From the human T2T-CHM13v2.0 reference genome, Homo sapiens, in assembly GCF_009914755.1 (NCBI RefSeq), contig NC_060931.1: 64,000 nt of DNA; one strand, given 5' to 3'. The notes beneath the pieces were generated by a model. That model was not told the origin of the DNA and did not search any database. It saw nothing but the letters and a program-made list of their open reading frames with translations. The first letter of the stretch is position 1; each line of letters opens with the position of its first letter. Position numbers and translations under genes: made by a program. Of this stretch, positions 59,735-64,000 are shown piece by piece.

Positions 59735-60972
59735 TAGTTGATGAGTCTCAGGGACACTCCTACCTTGTCATCAACTACCCAGATGCTCAGTCACCTGTTG
59801 CTTTAGCATTGAGTTCCTGTTTCTCTTGTCTCAGGTGAGAATCATAGAGCACTCCTATTTTCCTCTGTTCTTGGTGAGGAGGCAAACACAATTACCTGGT
59901 CTTCTCATTCATAAGTGTTAATATGCTTAGGTTATCATGGGATGGTGTAGGGGGGCAGAGAGAAGTACAAATATTAATACATCTTTATAATGTCATTAAA
60001 AAGCTGAAGTTGCAGTTAATTTTCTTTTTGGAGGACATGTGCCATACATTTATGATATGCGTTATATGCTAGATGTATTATTTAATAATAGCAATAAAAG
60101 CAATATTGGTTATTAATGTTGCTCGTAACTTGTTGACGTAACAAACATGTTAATAGCTAAAGTAAGTTGGTTTGAGTTTGGTACTGAGAAGTAATCTTGT
60201 TAATTATTGCTTGTTTGATTTTTGGTAACTGTTCTTCCTCCCCTTTTGTGCAATGAAAGTACAATCAGCCTGTTTGGTCAGACTAATGTATAACTACCAA
60301 AAACTGCAAAAATATCTGGATTCTATATTAATAATGTGTTTTGCCACTATTTGTTTTGAATGTCACTTATTTAAATGTTATGTACTTATTCCATTAATTC
60401 AATTTAAAAGACTGAAAACTTTCCAGGTAAGTCACACTTTATAAGTCAGAAAAATATTTCAACTGGGTTGAGGGAAGAAAGCTTGACGTCTGAGTTTGAA
60501 TGGAGTGTATGTTTAGTTGACTCCTTCACAAAGTTGCAAAGAGGTAGTCAAAATAATGCAATGTACACTAAGGCTTGAGTCAGTCTGACATGCTGATAGA
60601 ATCAAGATCCATGAAGACTTTCTTGAGTAGGTTCCTTCTCAGAAGCACATATGTAGTGATACTCACCATCACTGAGGCACAGCACCATCATCAGATCTGA
60701 CTCCACTGCAGTATAAATTTGATGAGTGCTTCATTTCCACCAGAACAATTCCTTCATAGCTCGCATATTTTGGTTACTTTTTGTCTCTTAACTTCTTGGG
60801 AAAGTTTTAATGTTAGCAGTTCTGTGAATCATTAAATGGTCCTGGGCGTGGCCCTTCTTTTTTGATAATTTTTACTGCCTTTCATACGGGAGTGGATGGT
60901 CGCAAGGGACAATATTATTAATAATAATAACAGGAACAACTTACATTTATGGAATACCTTCTTTTTGCCAGG

Positions 60973-61897
<925 letters not shown>

Positions 61898-62583
61898 TTA
61901 GTGGCTGTGGAGAGAAGAATCAGTTTAGCAGCTGAGTGATAGATCTTCAAAAGAAGAATATGTAGATCAGAATGAGAATAAATAAGCAGAAAAGTGCAAA
62001 TCTAAGCACATTTCTCCATATCCCATTAAACCAATCTCCCAACTCTGGGAATAGGTCAGTCTAATCAAATGGTTGAGCCTCATTATCTTATGGAGAATAT
62101 TAATCTTTTTTGTTCAAAGGTATAAATCAGATAACGTTTGTCCCAACTGATTCACAAAGAGGCAGCATTTTCATCAACCACACAAGATAGAATGACCAGT
62201 GTTGTTCATGAACAAAAAGTGGAACCTGTAATTCCCAAGATCTAGTGTGTTCCACAACTTTTGTTATTGGTCATATTGATGTCTCCACACCTTCATTTTC
62301 ACGTGCCTCTGTCAGTTTGTAGAAGCAGAAAATGTTGTGAAACATTTGACATAGGAGAACTGCAATCTGGCTTTGGCAGCTAAAAGGCTTGATTTTGTCA
62401 CCTGACCAAGTTAATCCAGATTTTTGATCTATTTATATACAATTTCTGGTGCTAAGGAGCCTAATCAGGAGAGCAGCCGAGCTATCCCACCCAGGTTGTG
62501 CAAGAGTGGCCTATGAACCAGCCAACACATTTGGTGATTTGGCAAAAGTTTGTGCTATAAAAGGTAGTTCTAGAATCACTTAT

Positions 62584-63197
62584 TGTCACCGGATAGAAAG
62601 TCCTGACTGTGAGTTTTCCAGGTTCTTGGAGTGTTGAACAAAGAATTGAACAAAACGCACAAACAAAGCAACAAAAGAACGAAGCAACAAAAGCACAGAT
62701 TTATTGAAGTGAAAGTAGCCTCCACAGAGTAGGAGCAAGCTTGAGCAAGTGGCTCAAGAGCCTGACTGCAATGTTCTTCAGGGTTTTAAATTAAACTAAA
62801 AGAATTTGGTTAACACCCCTAGGTACCCTTTAGAGACCTCCAATTGGTTACACCCTACGCAAATGAAGGATTGACCTGTGACCAATCAGACACTGAAGTG
62901 GAGGCTTGGTTTGAGACCAATCAGAGGCTGAAGTGGAGGCTTGGCCTGTGACCAATCAGAAGCTGAAGTGGAGGTTGGCCTGCAACCAATCAGAGGCTGA
63001 AGTGGAGGCTTGGGCCACAACCAGTCAGAGGCATTTCTCGTTCGTGAGGTAGGGGAGGAGGGTTTTGTAGAGGTCAGGAACTCTGGTCCCTTTTCACCTG
63101 GGCATGGAGAGGTGGGGTTTTCCTTTTGGTCCAATTCCAAGAAGTCAGCCAATTTGTCCTCAGGCTCCCTGTCTCCCAACCCTATTCTCCTGCCTCA
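62584..63197 (-). mobile_element. MER51-family ERV1 solo LTR
   Basis: Reverse complement begins TGAGGCAGGAGAATAGGG; perfect 4-bp TSD TTAT. Confidence 0.85.
62871..63032. repeat. 35-bp tandem repeat (about 4.5 copies), each with a CCAAT box
   Basis: CCAATCAGA at 62882, 62917, 62952 and 62986; CCAGTCAGA at 63021. Confidence 0.95.
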
Positions 63198-63879
63198 TTA
63201 TGACCTCCATGATGGGTTTGAGGATGTGGTGTATGGAGTCAAACTACAGGGTTTGATTGCAATATTGTCTTGGATTGTTACTTGGGAAGAGATCAGTACC
63301 ATATTTGTTTTTAATTGGAAAAGTCTTTTTCTTCCAATGTCTTTATTTGAGCAAGGGACAATTCTTGAGCTTACATAGAGGTTTTTCCTTGCCCAGTGAA
63401 CTCACCAGAAGGAAAAGTAGAGTGACATTGTTTTTCTGACCATGGATACCATACTCTTTCATTCATTTATCTTCCATAGTTGGTCCACCTGGTACCCCAT
63501 GGACAGGAATAAAAACTAATTCAGGTTTGTTCATGCTATCAGATGTTGACATAAGCAATAATTATATTGTTTAGCTGACATGACCAAGGTTTGGGAAACT
63601 GGTGCAAGGGTGGTGTCAGGTTTGTGTTTAACCTATGAAGAAAAGAGTGAGGTTAATATGAAAGAGGCAGCATTTGAAAGAAAGCCCACAGTGGAGGATC
63701 AGAGAGAGAATAGGATAGATTGAGACAAGTAATCTCCAGTCAGCTTCTCAATAAATGGGAGGTTTTGTTGAAAAAGATCCCCCCTCTACTCCCCTCCCCA
63801 CACCAGGGAGGAAAGAAACTTAAAGGGGGAAAATAGATGAAAGCAAAGTTTTTTATCTGTGATCTTGAGGAAAGCTGTT

Positions 63880-64000
63880 TGCTTTGTGGTGTCATCTTGC
63901 TTCTAGAGCCTTGGCTCTGAAATCCTTACTATGAGGTCACCTGTAGGGATGGTCTTCCAGTTGTCCTGAGAGTGATGACTGGCTCCACCTTGATGTGGCT
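63880..64000 (+). promoter_or_regulatory. SPAM1: Probable SPAM1 (PH-20) proximal promoter and start of exon 1, with CRE-like TGAGGTCA at 63932-63939
   Basis: Gene order HYAL4 then SPAM1. Terminal ATGTGGCT (63993-64000) matches my recollection of the PH-20 cDNA 5' end (only 8 nt visible). SPAM1 is known to initiate within an antisense ERV1 pol remnant. Confidence 0.65.

Noticed and set aside
62871-63032. Regular ~35-bp repeat superficially like a CRISPR array
   Set aside because: Head-to-tail units with no unique spacers, inside a primate LTR; no cas genes.

Overview
Human (primate) genomic DNA from the HYAL4-SPAM1 hyaluronidase cluster; placement on 7q31 is recalled knowledge, not shown by the sequence. 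The + strand carries the three coding exons of HYAL4 (7008-7961, 13494-13583, 15487-15888; 481 aa, GH56 family) with canonical AG/GT junctions and an ATTAAA poly(A) signal. In this haplotype the expected start codon reads GTG, not ATG. The last HYAL4 acceptor has a tandemly duplicated 3' splice region that offers an in-frame, stop-containing alternative acceptor. About 22.6-47.1 kb is one nested transposon stack: an old L1M hosts an ERV1 provirus whose two LTRs do not match, and that provirus hosts a full-length dead L1PA3-type element, solo MaLR LTRs, Alus and an MST-inside-MST nest. Downstream are a young AluYa5, a repeat-poor CpG-enriched promoter-like patch (56.6-57.3 kb) and an antisense MER34-group ERV1 carrying a CCAAT-array MER51 LTR. 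The window ends at what appears to be the ERV-derived SPAM1 (PH-20) transcription start, with a CRE-like site just upstream. Two fold-back/templated insertion scars are visible inside repeats. I see no wholly new gene system. Repeat subfamily names are by eye and need RepeatMasker/Dfam confirmation.
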